In this document: positions 39,432 through 48,354 of the stretch, in pieces
Numbering within the stretch: position 1 is the first letter of the stretch
How the letters are laid out: every line of letters begins with the position of its first letter
Assembly: GCA_963663275.1 (NCBI GenBank)
Contig: OY760183.1
Coordinates: 1,920,001 to 1,984,000, forward strand
Length of the DNA: 64,000 bases
Source: Chloroflexota bacterium
GTDB lineage: Bacteria > Chloroflexota > UBA11872 > VXOZ01
Direction: 5' to 3'
Notes under the pieces: model-generated
The model's input: only the letters and a program-made list of their open reading frames with translations
Database searches by the model: none
What the model was told of the DNA's origin: nothing
Made by a program: the position numbers and the translations under genes

Positions 39432-40499
39432 CTATTGGGCGCGCGCGGCGCCCGCGCTGGCAGTCTGAGCCGTGTTTTCCTTTGCGATGTTCTCCAGCCG
39501 CGCGCCCGCGACGGGGCGCAACCGGAGGATGCGCGCCGCACCGGCCTGGCTGAGTATGGCGCCGAGGTGTTCCGGCTCCGGATGCAGGGCGATGATGGTG
39601 CCGCCGTCGCCGGCGCCGGCTAACTTGGCCCCCAGCGCGCCGTTGTCCAGGGCGGCTTGAATGAGGCGCTCGTTGGCCGCGCCGGAGCCGCCGAGATCCC
39701 GCTGGATGGAGTGGTTTTCGTTCATCAGCGCGCCCAGGCGCGTCCAGTCCGCTTCCAGCAGGGCTTTCTTGCCCTCCCGCGCCAGGCGTCCAATGGCCAC
39801 GTAGGCCTGCACCACCTCCCGCTCGCCTTCCAGCCAGCGTTCGCGGATGGGTCTGTGCACGACCCCGGCGCGGTGTTCCACGCCGGTATGCGCCAGCACG
39901 AACGGCAGTTCAGGCACGAGTCCCTCCAAAGATTCCACCGCGGCATACGGTTCGCTGTGCACTTCCCGGTAGAACTCTTTGTCGCGGAAGTCCATGTAGT
40001 TGAGGCCGCCGAAGGTGGGCATATAGAAGTCGTGATAGCCGCAGATGACGCCCATGTCGTTTAGCTCGATGCCCCGGGCGGTTTCCGCGAAGAGATACGC
40101 GCTCATCGTTCGACCGCGGTAGGCGTTGAGCGCGTACAACGCGGCCACGACCAGCGACGAGGAACTGGAAAGGCCGGAACCGATGGGCACGTCGCTCCAA
40201 CACGTGAAGTGGGCTTTCATGCCCAGGCACTGCTGCTGGGAAATGACGGCGCGCAACACGTCGAAGTGGTCACCGCGCTGCCGCAGGTCGTCCCGCGTGC
40301 GCACGGTGACTTGGCCCTGGTCGGATTCGAGGATCAGCCGGTCCGCCGGGCGGATGGAGACGTAGCCGCGCTGGGGGATGGTGCAGGAGAGCACGCTGCC
40401 GCCGTACATGTCGGTGGGGTTGCCGATGATGCCGCAGCGCCCGGGCGCGGAAGCAACGACGGCCGGCGGCGCGGTGTCTTGAATCTCACCAAGCGTCAT
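39432..40499 (-). CDS. GHMP kinase, glucuronokinase-like
   Basis: GRCGIIGNPTDMYGG, PIGSGLSSSSS, KLAGAGDGG. Confidence 0.8.
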   Translation of the reverse strand: MTLGEIQDTAPPAVVASAPGRCGIIGNPTDMYGGSVLSCTIPQRGYVSIRPADRLILESDQGQVTVRTRDDLRQRGDHFDVLRAVISQQQCLGMKAHFTCWSDVPIGSGLSSSSSLVVAALYALNAYRGRTMSAYLFAETARGIELNDMGVICGYHDFYMPTFGGLNYMDFRDKEFYREVHSEPYAAVESLEGLVPELPFVLAHTGVEHRAGVVHRPIRERWLEGEREVVQAYVAIGRLAREGKKALLEADWTRLGALMNENHSIQRDLGGSGAANERLIQAALDNGALGAKLAGAGDGGTIIALHPEPEHLGAILSQAGAARILRLRPVAGARLENIAKENTAQTASAGAARAQ

Positions 40500-41386
40500 A
40501 ACGTTGCCGCTTTGCGCCGCAGGTGCTGGCGCACCAGGTAGCCGTACTTTTCATCGGAGAGCGCGAAGTCGATGAAGGCCTTGAAGTAGGTCTCGAAATT
40601 GCCGATGTCGTAGCGCACTTCTTCCGGAGCCAGCGCCACGCAGCGCACCAGTTGCTGTTGCTTGATGAGCACCTCGATGGAGTCGGCCAGCCAGAGTTCG
40701 TTCGCCTTGCCGGGCAGCGTGAGCCGGATCGCCTCGAAGATCTCGCGGTTCATCACGTAGCGGGGCACCACCGCGTAGGTGCTCGGCTCCGAGCCGCGCG
40801 GCGGTTTTTCCACGATGCCCTCAATGGAGAACTCCCGCTCCGGCGTCTCTTTGGGCCTGACCACGCCGTAGCGGTGCGCGTCTTCCGGGGCCACTTGCTC
40901 CACGGCAACCGTGCAGGCGGCGCCGCTGCGCGCGTGGCTCTCGATCATGCGCTTCAGCAAGTTTCCTCCCTTGATAATCGTATCGCCAAAGGCCACCACG
41001 AAAGGCTCGCTGCCGACGAACTCCCGCGCCAGGCGCACGGCGTCGGCCTGGCCGGTCTGCACGCTCTGGCGGGTGTAGAAGACGTGGAGCAGGGTATCGA
41101 AGTTCGGCAGTTGCTCGCGCAAGGCCAGATCATCGACGCTGCCGAGGCGGTCTTCCAGGTCGGGATCGCGGTCGAAGTGGTCTTCGATCGAGCTCTTCTT
41201 GCGTCCGGTGACGAAGAGCACCTGATCGATGCCGGCCTGCTCCATCTCCTCCACCACGTACTGCACCACCGGCTTGCGGCCGACCGGCAGCATCTCCTTG
41301 GGCTGAGACTTGGTGGCGGGAAGCAGCCGCGTGCCGAGTCCGGCAACGAGAATGACGGCCTTAGAGACGGGGGAGGGCTGTGTCAT
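40496..41386 (-). CDS. galU: UTP--sugar-1-phosphate uridylyltransferase (GalU-like)
   Basis: AGLGTRLLPATKSQPKEMLP, VEKP, RYDIG. Confidence 0.8.
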   Translation of the reverse strand: MTQPSPVSKAVILVAGLGTRLLPATKSQPKEMLPVGRKPVVQYVVEEMEQAGIDQVLFVTGRKKSSIEDHFDRDPDLEDRLGSVDDLALREQLPNFDTLLHVFYTRQSVQTGQADAVRLAREFVGSEPFVVAFGDTIIKGGNLLKRMIESHARSGAACTVAVEQVAPEDAHRYGVVRPKETPEREFSIEGIVEKPPRGSEPSTYAVVPRYVMNREIFEAIRLTLPGKANELWLADSIEVLIKQQQLVRCVALAPEEVRYDIGNFETYFKAFIDFALSDEKYGYLVRQHLRRKAATL

Positions 41387-41427
41387 GGGAGAAGGGACTC
41401 CGGCGGGAGGACAGGCATACTGCCCTT

Positions 41428-41456
41428 AATCTAGCGCGGCTTTGGCGGGCTGTCAA
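41428..41456 (-). promoter_or_regulatory. sigma70 promoter for galU-kinase operon
   Basis: TTGACA-N17-TAGATT on the minus strand. Confidence 0.65.
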
Positions 41457-41593
41457 CGTTGTGGTTGCGCGCGCGGTCAGATGTATCGCTTACGCTTCAG
41501 CGGTCATGCGTTCCGCGCCGGCGGCTTCAGCAGCAAGGCTTCGAGTTGCGTGCTCCCAAACTCGATACTTGCGGCAAGCGCATTCTCCCATGG

Positions 41594-41879
41594 GAGACCT
41601 TTGCATAACGCTGCCGAACGAGCGAAACTTGGTCGAAACTGCGCCAATTCCCCCCCACCCCGGCCCTCTCCCCAGGGAGAGCTGACAGGGGTAGGCATTC
41701 TACATCCGACTTCACGTGTCATTCCGAGCGGAGCGTAGCGGAGAGAGGAATCTAAGGCTCTCGCTGCAAAAACGTCGGTTCTAGATTCCTCGCTCCGCTC
41801 GGAATGACACTTGCCTACCCCTGTCAGCCCCAGGGAGAGGGAGTCTGAGCACACGCCGACGAGTTTACGCAAAGGTCTC
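41594..41879. mobile_element. outer MITE with GAGACCTTTGC termini
   Basis: gagacctttgcataac ... gtttacgcaaaggtctc, flanked by catgg on both sides. Confidence 0.7.
41682..41827. mobile_element. inner MITE with perfect 16-bp TIR and 12-bp target duplication
   Basis: ctgacaggggtaggca ... tgcctacccctgtcag; ccccagggagag at 41670-41681 and 41828-41839. Confidence 0.8.
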
Positions 41880-41942
41880 CATGGAAAGCACAATTGTCAA
41901 GGGATGTGCCAGTCGGCTATGATGGGAGTGAAAGGAGAGGGC

Positions 41943-42212
41943 ATGATGGATGTCAATGGAGAGTTCATTATCACGCTGGTGGTTACCGTAGGCGCAATTG
42001 CCGGGCTGTTGTGGCGCTTGGAGACCCGTATTTCCGCTGTAGAGTCGCGCCTGGAAACGAGAATATCCGGCGTAGAGACGCGGCTCGGTGATCGTATTTC
42101 CGAGGTCTCCGATCGCGTGTCCCGCATCGAGGGACTGCTTGAGGGTTACTTCATGCAGGCGAGCAAGAAGGACTCAGGTGACGGAAACGGCAAAGGAACG
42201 GGCAAAGCGTAG
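41943..42212 (+). CDS. small protein: N-terminal TM helix plus 11-aa-repeat coiled coil
   Basis: AAAGGAGAGG RBS; RLETRISAVES/RLETRISGVET/RLGDRISEVSD. Confidence 0.75.
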   Translation: MMDVNGEFIITLVVTVGAIAGLLWRLETRISAVESRLETRISGVETRLGDRISEVSDRVSRIEGLLEGYFMQASKKDSGDGNGKGTGKA

Positions 42213-42355
42213 AACGACTCATGGCGAAGTCTACCTACATGCTACGCTATCTCCCGCAGAGCCCATCCACGCGCGCCTAGCGGCCCTGGCGCATTCCTCC
42301 GTTAGCCGTTGAATCTTCCCCGCAAGAGACGCAAGGTCCAAAGCGCGCGTCCGCG

Positions 42356-43132
42356 CTACTCCTGCTCGTGATGCCGGCGCATTTCGTCAAGCTGCTCCAT
42401 CGTCTCCATGATGTAATCGGCCTGCCGCTCCACTCCCTGGCGCGTGCGTTCTTCGCCGGCTTCTCGACTCGCCTTCGTGGGAAATCCCCAAACGCCGCTT
42501 GGCGTGTAGTACTCCGTGGGGATCATGTCCACGAACTCCGACCCCAGGTCGGGTGATGAATCGACCACTTTCTCGGTGCGCATCAAATCCGGGTAGGCGT
42601 ACATGAGGCGCGAGGTCTCGCTCTCGCCGGAGTGCCGATCCTTGCCGGGCCCGGAACCGCCGGCGCCGACGGGCGCGCCCCACATCACCAGGAAGTCCGG
42701 GTCCCACATGTTCAGTTCGCGAATGGTGGGCTTGAGAATCCAGTTGCCGCCGTGGGAACTGGTGACGATCATGCGCTTGAACCCTTGGCGTTTCAGGCAG
42801 GCCACGGTGTCCTCGAGGATGGCGGCTACGGTGGCGGGCTTGAGGCTCAGCGTGCCCTTGTAGTTGAGGAATTCGCTGGAGGTGCCGATGGGAATCGGCG
42901 GCAGAAGGTAGACGATCAAGCCGCGCTTCGCCAGTTCACGCGCCAGCAGGCGGCTGCCGGAGAGGCCCAGCAGCCAATCGGTGCCCAGCGGCATGTGGTA
43001 CGAGTGCTGCTCGATAGCGCCGATGCAGAAGAGCGCCGTGTCGCAGCCGCTCTCTTGCACTTCCTCGAACGTAGACGCCCAACTCAAGAACTCTTCATCC
43101 TGCAAGTCGTCGAACCAGTGATGTTCGCTCAT
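42356..43132 (-). CDS. creatininase family amidohydrolase
   Basis: GAIEQHSYHMPLGTD, SHGGN, HSGESETS, SGVWG. Confidence 0.9.
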   Translation of the reverse strand: MSEHHWFDDLQDEEFLSWASTFEEVQESGCDTALFCIGAIEQHSYHMPLGTDWLLGLSGSRLLARELAKRGLIVYLLPPIPIGTSSEFLNYKGTLSLKPATVAAILEDTVACLKRQGFKRMIVTSSHGGNWILKPTIRELNMWDPDFLVMWGAPVGAGGSGPGKDRHSGESETSRLMYAYPDLMRTEKVVDSSPDLGSEFVDMIPTEYYTPSGVWGFPTKASREAGEERTRQGVERQADYIMETMEQLDEMRRHHEQE

Positions 43133-43148
43133 CGATACCTCTTTCGCT

Positions 43149-44192
43149 CTATGAACCGCCGAACTGAACCGGTATGGATACGCCCTGGAACTCTCCATCC
43201 TGCGCGCTGAATTCGCCGACGAGCAGCGTGCCCACGCCCGTAAGCGGCGGAATCTCCAGCACGGTCGAGAAGTAGCCCCACGTCTCGATGTAGTCGGTGG
43301 ACGTGGCAACGGCGCGGGCAACCTCATTGCCGTCGCCGTCCTGCAAAATGAACACGTTGTTCGCCTCGAAGTGCCGGGAATACCCGGTAATCGTCAAGGA
43401 GCCGTGGACGGTTGCGCCGGGCCGCGGCGTGATGAGCACCGTGTTCTTGGCGGTCGCCGGAAGCACGTGTGTTTCCGGACCGTTGGGCGCGACGTCGACC
43501 ACCAGCCGCTGCGGATCGCGCAGTTCCAGCACGCGCACCTGGTAAGCGCCCGGGATGAAGATGTCCAGGAACAGGCTGCCATCCGGCGCGCGGACGACGT
43601 ACACGTGCGTGAACCGCGCGAACGTGTCCGGCATGAGCGCATCGGTGACCGCGGTTTCCGTTACCGTGGGGAGATGCACCCGCACCACTCCGTGCCCGTC
43701 CGACTTCTCGATCAGCCAGTGCGGCGCCGCGTTGGCGGTCTCTTGGCCCATCGCGAAGTCAATGACCAGGCGCTCGAAGCCAGGATGATGTCCGAACCGG
43801 ATCTCCGCGATGCCGGCGGCCGGCGCGTCGCCCACGTCTGTCATCGCGGTCGCGCCATCCATTTCCGCGCCGGCTTGGGTCTCGCCCGACGTGGACGCCG
43901 GGGTTGCCTGCGCGGCGGTGATCACTTTATCAGACCGCGGCGGCTCGTCTTCGTCAGCCGCGGCGCAGGCGCTCAGCAGCAGGGCGAGCGTTAGCGCCGC
44001 GAGACCGGCAAAAATCCACGAACCGGCGCTCGTCCACAGTGACGCTCCCTTGCCGGGCGCATGTACGCGGGAGCGGCGACTGTCGTCATTCCCGCGAATG
44101 CGGGCGCCGACTGCCTGTGGTGAAGGTTGGTCTTCGCTTTCGCGGCGGTTCCGGTTGAGAGGCCGGTCGTTGTGCGGCCCAGTAGCGTTCAT
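43149..44192 (-). CDS. lipoprotein with AMIN-like and Gmad2 Ig-like domains
   Basis: LLSAC lipobox, HPGFERLVIDF, PQRLVVDV, ITGYSRHFEAN, WGYF; start uncertain. Confidence 0.7.
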   Translation of the reverse strand: MNATGPHNDRPLNRNRRESEDQPSPQAVGARIRGNDDSRRSRVHAPGKGASLWTSAGSWIFAGLAALTLALLLSACAAADEDEPPRSDKVITAAQATPASTSGETQAGAEMDGATAMTDVGDAPAAGIAEIRFGHHPGFERLVIDFAMGQETANAAPHWLIEKSDGHGVVRVHLPTVTETAVTDALMPDTFARFTHVYVVRAPDGSLFLDIFIPGAYQVRVLELRDPQRLVVDVAPNGPETHVLPATAKNTVLITPRPGATVHGSLTITGYSRHFEANNVFILQDGDGNEVARAVATSTDYIETWGYFSTVLEIPPLTGVGTLLVGEFSAQDGEFQGVSIPVQFGGS

Positions 44193-44193
44193 C

Positions 44194-45375
44194 TCATCCC
44201 TCCTCGGGACGCGGCCCGAACCAGCTTCGTACCGGCCGGCCCGCTTGGTTGTACACCTCACCGGCGCGGACGGTGTAGGTGGCCGCGAGGCGCCGGTCGC
44301 CGGTGAGTTCTTCGTCCTCGGCGTCTCGCATCAGATACGGCCCGGTTTCTATGCGCAGCGCCGCGACGTCGGCAACGCCGCCCACGCGCAGGTGGCCCAA
44401 AGAGTCGGAACGGCCAATGGCGGCCGCGGCGTTCTTGGTCGTCCGCGCCACCACGTCGGGCACGTCCCGGCCCAGGAAGAGGAACTTCGACATCACGTCG
44501 GGCAGGCTGCGCGCGGTGAAGTGGGACGAATAAGCGTGGAGGTCGGTACTGATGGTGTCCGGCAGGAAGCCGTCGTCCAGCGCCGCCCGCGCCACGGCAA
44601 AGGAAAAACTGCCCTGCCCGTGGCCCACGTCGAAGGCAATGCCGCTCTGCTGCGCCGCGCGCACTTCCGGCAGCACCGTGCGGCGCTGTTGATCCAGAAT
44701 CAGCTTGCCGCGTCCCGTGAAGCAGTGGGTGATGATGTCGCCGGGCTTGAGGTACGCGAGAATCTCCGCCACCGGCTGTTCGCAATCCGAAATATGCACC
44801 ATCATGCGGGTGTTGGTGGCGTCGCGCACTGCCGCGGCGCGGCGCAAGGGTTCCAGGCCGTTCGGCCCGCAGATTTTTTCCGCCACCCGCACCTTCACGC
44901 CGAGCGCCACGTCGCGGTTGGCCTCGATGGCCGTGATCGCGTCTTCCACGCCGCAGTAGGCCAGGTTGAGGTTTTCGCCAACGCGCATGTCGGTGATGCC
45001 AATGCTGGAGATATTGACGAAGGCGAAGACGCGCGTGCGCGCCTGGCCGATGATGAAGTGGCGGAAGCCGGTGAAATTGGCCCAGCCCGCGCTGCCGGCG
45101 TCCGCCGCCGTGGTGACGCCGGCGGGCAGGCAGGTGGCGTCCGGCAGCACGCCAAGATCGGCGCCGCCCCAGTAGAGGTGCGTGTGCAGATCGATGAGGC
45201 CGGGCGTGACGAAGTGACCGGCAACGTCGAGGGCGAGCGCGGCGTCGCCGGTTGGAATATCCGCTTCCAAAGCGGCGATGCGCCCATGCTTCACGCCGAC
45301 GTCCAGCGGGGCGTCGATGCCCTGCGCCGGGTCGAGGACGCGCCCTCCCTTCAGCACCACGTCGAAGGTTGCCAT
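44194..45375 (-). CDS. amidohydrolase/deacetylase, dihydroorotase-like (EF_0837-type)
   Basis: PGLIDLHTH, DAGSAG, VKVR, GDIITHCF, DVGHGQGSF, ISTDLH. Confidence 0.88.
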   Translation of the reverse strand: MATFDVVLKGGRVLDPAQGIDAPLDVGVKHGRIAALEADIPTGDAALALDVAGHFVTPGLIDLHTHLYWGGADLGVLPDATCLPAGVTTAADAGSAGWANFTGFRHFIIGQARTRVFAFVNISSIGITDMRVGENLNLAYCGVEDAITAIEANRDVALGVKVRVAEKICGPNGLEPLRRAAAVRDATNTRMMVHISDCEQPVAEILAYLKPGDIITHCFTGRGKLILDQQRRTVLPEVRAAQQSGIAFDVGHGQGSFSFAVARAALDDGFLPDTISTDLHAYSSHFTARSLPDVMSKFLFLGRDVPDVVARTTKNAAAAIGRSDSLGHLRVGGVADVAALRIETGPYLMRDAEDEELTGDRRLAATYTVRAGEVYNQAGRPVRSWFGPRPEEG

Positions 45376-45503
45376 TACGTTTTCTGCTTTCTGATTTGAT
45401 TGCGACCTGTCGTGAACGGACTGATGGGAATCATGGTAGGCTGTGCGTGGTTACTCGTCAATGCGGGCTGTCCCGGCGAGCCGGAGTCTGAGAAGGACGC
45501 GCC

Positions 45504-46664
45504 ATGAAGATCACCGACGTCAAGACCACCGCCGTGCGCGTGCCGCTCAGCGAGCCGGTGAAGTGGTCGGGCGGCACCCGGGGCACGGCCCCGGCGCTGG
45601 TGGTGGAGATCGAGACCGACGCCGGCGTCGTCGGTCTGGGCGAGTGCGCCGGGCCGCACATTCCCGTCATCCGCGCCGCCGTGGACGCCGAACTGCGGCC
45701 GCTGCTGATCGGCCAAGACCCGCTGCGCACCGAGTTTCTGCTCCACCGCATGGACGAGCACGTCATCCACTGGTTCCGCACCGGCAATCACGCCATTGCC
45801 GGCCTGGAAATGGCGCTCCTTGACATAAAAGCCAAGCACTTTGGCGCCAGCGTCTGCGACCTGCTGGGCGGCCGCTACCGGGACGCCGTGGAGTACATGG
45901 GTTACCTCTTCATCGACACGCCGGAACGGAACGCGGCCAAGGCCAAGGCGTACGTTGACCAGGGATTCCGCACGCTGAAGGTAAAGGTCGGGCGCAGCAT
46001 CGCGCAGGACGCGGACAGCATCGCCGCCATCCGGGAAGCCGTGGGGCCGGACGTGCGCATCCGCATCGACGCCAACCAGGGCTGGAGCGTGCCGACGGCC
46101 ATCAAGGCCATTCGCGCCATGGAACCGTACGGCCTGGAATACGTGGAGCAGCCGGTGACGGAGCGGGATTTTGACGGCATGGCGCAAGTGGCCCGCGCCG
46201 TCGAGACGCCAATCGCCGCCGATGAAAGCTGCAAGACCGTGCTCGACGCGCTGCAACTGGCGGAGAAACAGGCGTGCGGCGTGTTCGTCATCTACGTGTC
46301 GGAGGCCGGCGGCTTGCTCAAGTCGCGGCAGATCGCCGACGTGGCCTACCAGTATGGCATCACCTGCGCGCTGGGCACCTGGGCCGAACTCGGCATCGGC
46401 ACGCTGGCGGGGGCGCACCTCATCGCCAGCCACCGCAGTTTCGCGCTCGCCAACGACACCCACTACCCGATTCAGGAAGACGACGTGATCGCCCCGCTCC
46501 TGGAATTCGAAGGCGCAATGCTTCCCGTGCCGGATTCGCCCGGTCTGGGCGCAACGCTCGACCGGGAGAAGCTGGGGCGCTATGCGCGCTTTCCGGCCCG
46601 CGAGACCGTGCACGGCGACCCGGAAAGCCCGGAGACGATCCTGCGCCGCGGGCAAATCCTCTGA
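45504..46664 (+). CDS. mandelate racemase/muconate lactonizing enzyme family protein
   Basis: KVKVG, DANQGW, EQP, ADES. Confidence 0.9.
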   Translation: MKITDVKTTAVRVPLSEPVKWSGGTRGTAPALVVEIETDAGVVGLGECAGPHIPVIRAAVDAELRPLLIGQDPLRTEFLLHRMDEHVIHWFRTGNHAIAGLEMALLDIKAKHFGASVCDLLGGRYRDAVEYMGYLFIDTPERNAAKAKAYVDQGFRTLKVKVGRSIAQDADSIAAIREAVGPDVRIRIDANQGWSVPTAIKAIRAMEPYGLEYVEQPVTERDFDGMAQVARAVETPIAADESCKTVLDALQLAEKQACGVFVIYVSEAGGLLKSRQIADVAYQYGITCALGTWAELGIGTLAGAHLIASHRSFALANDTHYPIQEDDVIAPLLEFEGAMLPVPDSPGLGATLDREKLGRYARFPARETVHGDPESPETILRRGQIL

Positions 46665-46747
46665 AAGCCGGTTGACGCAAGAACCCATTAACGTAAGAAC
46701 CGGCTAACGATCAATCTTGCTTGATGATCAATTGGTCTTTGCGAAAA

Positions 46748-46836
46748 CCGTTCGCCTTGAGCTTGTCGAAGGGTGAACGGGACCGCCGCGAAGTTGGAAT
46801 CAGCCGTTCATGCTTCGACAGGCTCAGCACGAACGG
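46748..46836. repeat. inverted pair of cttcgacaggctcag-family REPs
   Basis: 46748-46780 and 46804-46836, between convergent genes. Confidence 0.85.
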
Positions 46837-46952
46837 TCTCTAGCGGCCTTGCAGACCCCCATGAGCAGCCACGAACAGGCTCTGGGTATAACGACCTATG
46901 CGCTAGGGCTAGAGCAAGGGCAGCGTGTGGCGGCGAATTGGCAAGATGTGGT

Positions 46953-47855
46953 TCACGCGCCGTACCAGGCGAGTTGATGCTGCACGCTCGACCACGGTTC
47001 CCAGGCCTCGACGCGAATGCGGCGCATCGTGTAGAGCGTCTCCGCCGATTGGTGCACGCCGGGTCCGATCGTGACGGCAGCCTCGTAGCCGGCCTCCTGC
47101 ACCACCTGCCGGATCCGCGCGTTCTGGCGGCCAAGGGGATAGTCGAAGTAGCGGGGCGTCTGGCCGAGCCGCTCCTCCAGGAGTTGCTTCGATATTACGA
47201 CTTCCGCCAGCACCGCGCCCCAGTCCTTCTTCGCCAGCCAGGGCAGGTCGGCGTGGTTGAGGGTGTGCGACTCCACGTTCAGGCCGGCCTCCGCGATGGC
47301 GCCGAGTTGGTCCCAGTCCATGTACCCCTCTTGCCGTTCATGAAAGCCCGGCATCACGAAGAACGTCCCCGGTATCTTGTAGTCCCTGAGCACGGGAAAG
47401 ACCCCGTTGAACTGGACGTTCCAGCCGTCGTCGAAGGTGAGCACAAGCGGCTTCGCCGGCAGTTCCCACTCTCCGCGCAGTCCCATTAGCGCGTCGTGCA
47501 TGGAGAGCGGCGTGTAGCCGGCCCTGATCATGCCCAGCAGTTGCGCTTCGAAGAGGCGCGCCAAGGTGGCGCGGTGGTACATGAGGATGGGCAAGACCAC
47601 CGCATTGGCCGGCAGCGGCGGTTCGTACTGGTACGGCGGCTGCCAAACTTTGGGCGGCTCTTTCTTCTGGGGCGCTGGCGCGGCCGCGGGTTTCACGCCC
47701 AGGCCCAGGAACGGGTCTTCATTACCGCTTGGGGTTTCGGGAGGCGCGGGGAGCAGACGGGCCATGGGTATGGCCGCCGCGCCGCCAAAGAGCTGCTTGA
47801 GGGTCTGGCGGCGAGTTGCGCCGCCTGGCTTTCGCCGTCTTCGAGGTTGGCTCAT
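46953..47855 (-). CDS. polysaccharide deacetylase (CE4) with Tat-like signal
   Basis: TRRQTL, PILMYH, LTFDDG, SHTLNH, YPLG. Confidence 0.88.
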   Translation of the reverse strand: MSQPRRRRKPGGATRRQTLKQLFGGAAAIPMARLLPAPPETPSGNEDPFLGLGVKPAAAPAPQKKEPPKVWQPPYQYEPPLPANAVVLPILMYHRATLARLFEAQLLGMIRAGYTPLSMHDALMGLRGEWELPAKPLVLTFDDGWNVQFNGVFPVLRDYKIPGTFFVMPGFHERQEGYMDWDQLGAIAEAGLNVESHTLNHADLPWLAKKDWGAVLAEVVISKQLLEERLGQTPRYFDYPLGRQNARIRQVVQEAGYEAAVTIGPGVHQSAETLYTMRRIRVEAWEPWSSVQHQLAWYGA

Positions 47856-48055
47856 TTGGGCGCGCTCCGTCCCTCCGGCGTTCCGCAGCCTCTTTGTCAA
47901 CGCGATACTCTAACAGTACCATATCGTGCGATTTGCCCGGGCAAAGGACGTTAGTTCCGCGCCAGGGGATTTCTCCGTTTGAGGGTGGAGCGCGGATGGC
48001 GGTTTTCGTGGGGTCTTGCGAGAGCGGACGGCGCCCGCGCCCTGCTCCCGCGCCG

Positions 48056-48190
48056 GCGCAGGTTACAAACGTGCGCTACATGAGGGACGTTGCGACTCCT
48101 TGCTACCGGCGCAGGTTACAAACCTGCGCTACCGGAGAGGGGTTGCGAACCTGAGATACCGGTTGCAGGTTACAATCCTGCCCTACCGGA
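48056..48190. repeat. array of gcaggttacaaacctgcgctaccgg units (~27-bp period)
   Basis: Five variably degenerate units. Confidence 0.8.
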
Positions 48191-48354
48191 GAACAGAAGC
48201 GCGGCGCCGCGCTCGCGCTGGCGCTTGTAATCGGCTTTGCCTTGACCGTACCGTCCTGATTTCAGGTAAGATTGATACAAGGGACGGCAGACCGGCTGGC
48301 CGCGGGGCGGTCGAACGTTCGGGCGCGGCGCCGGTGACGCGGGAGGAGGTCTCA

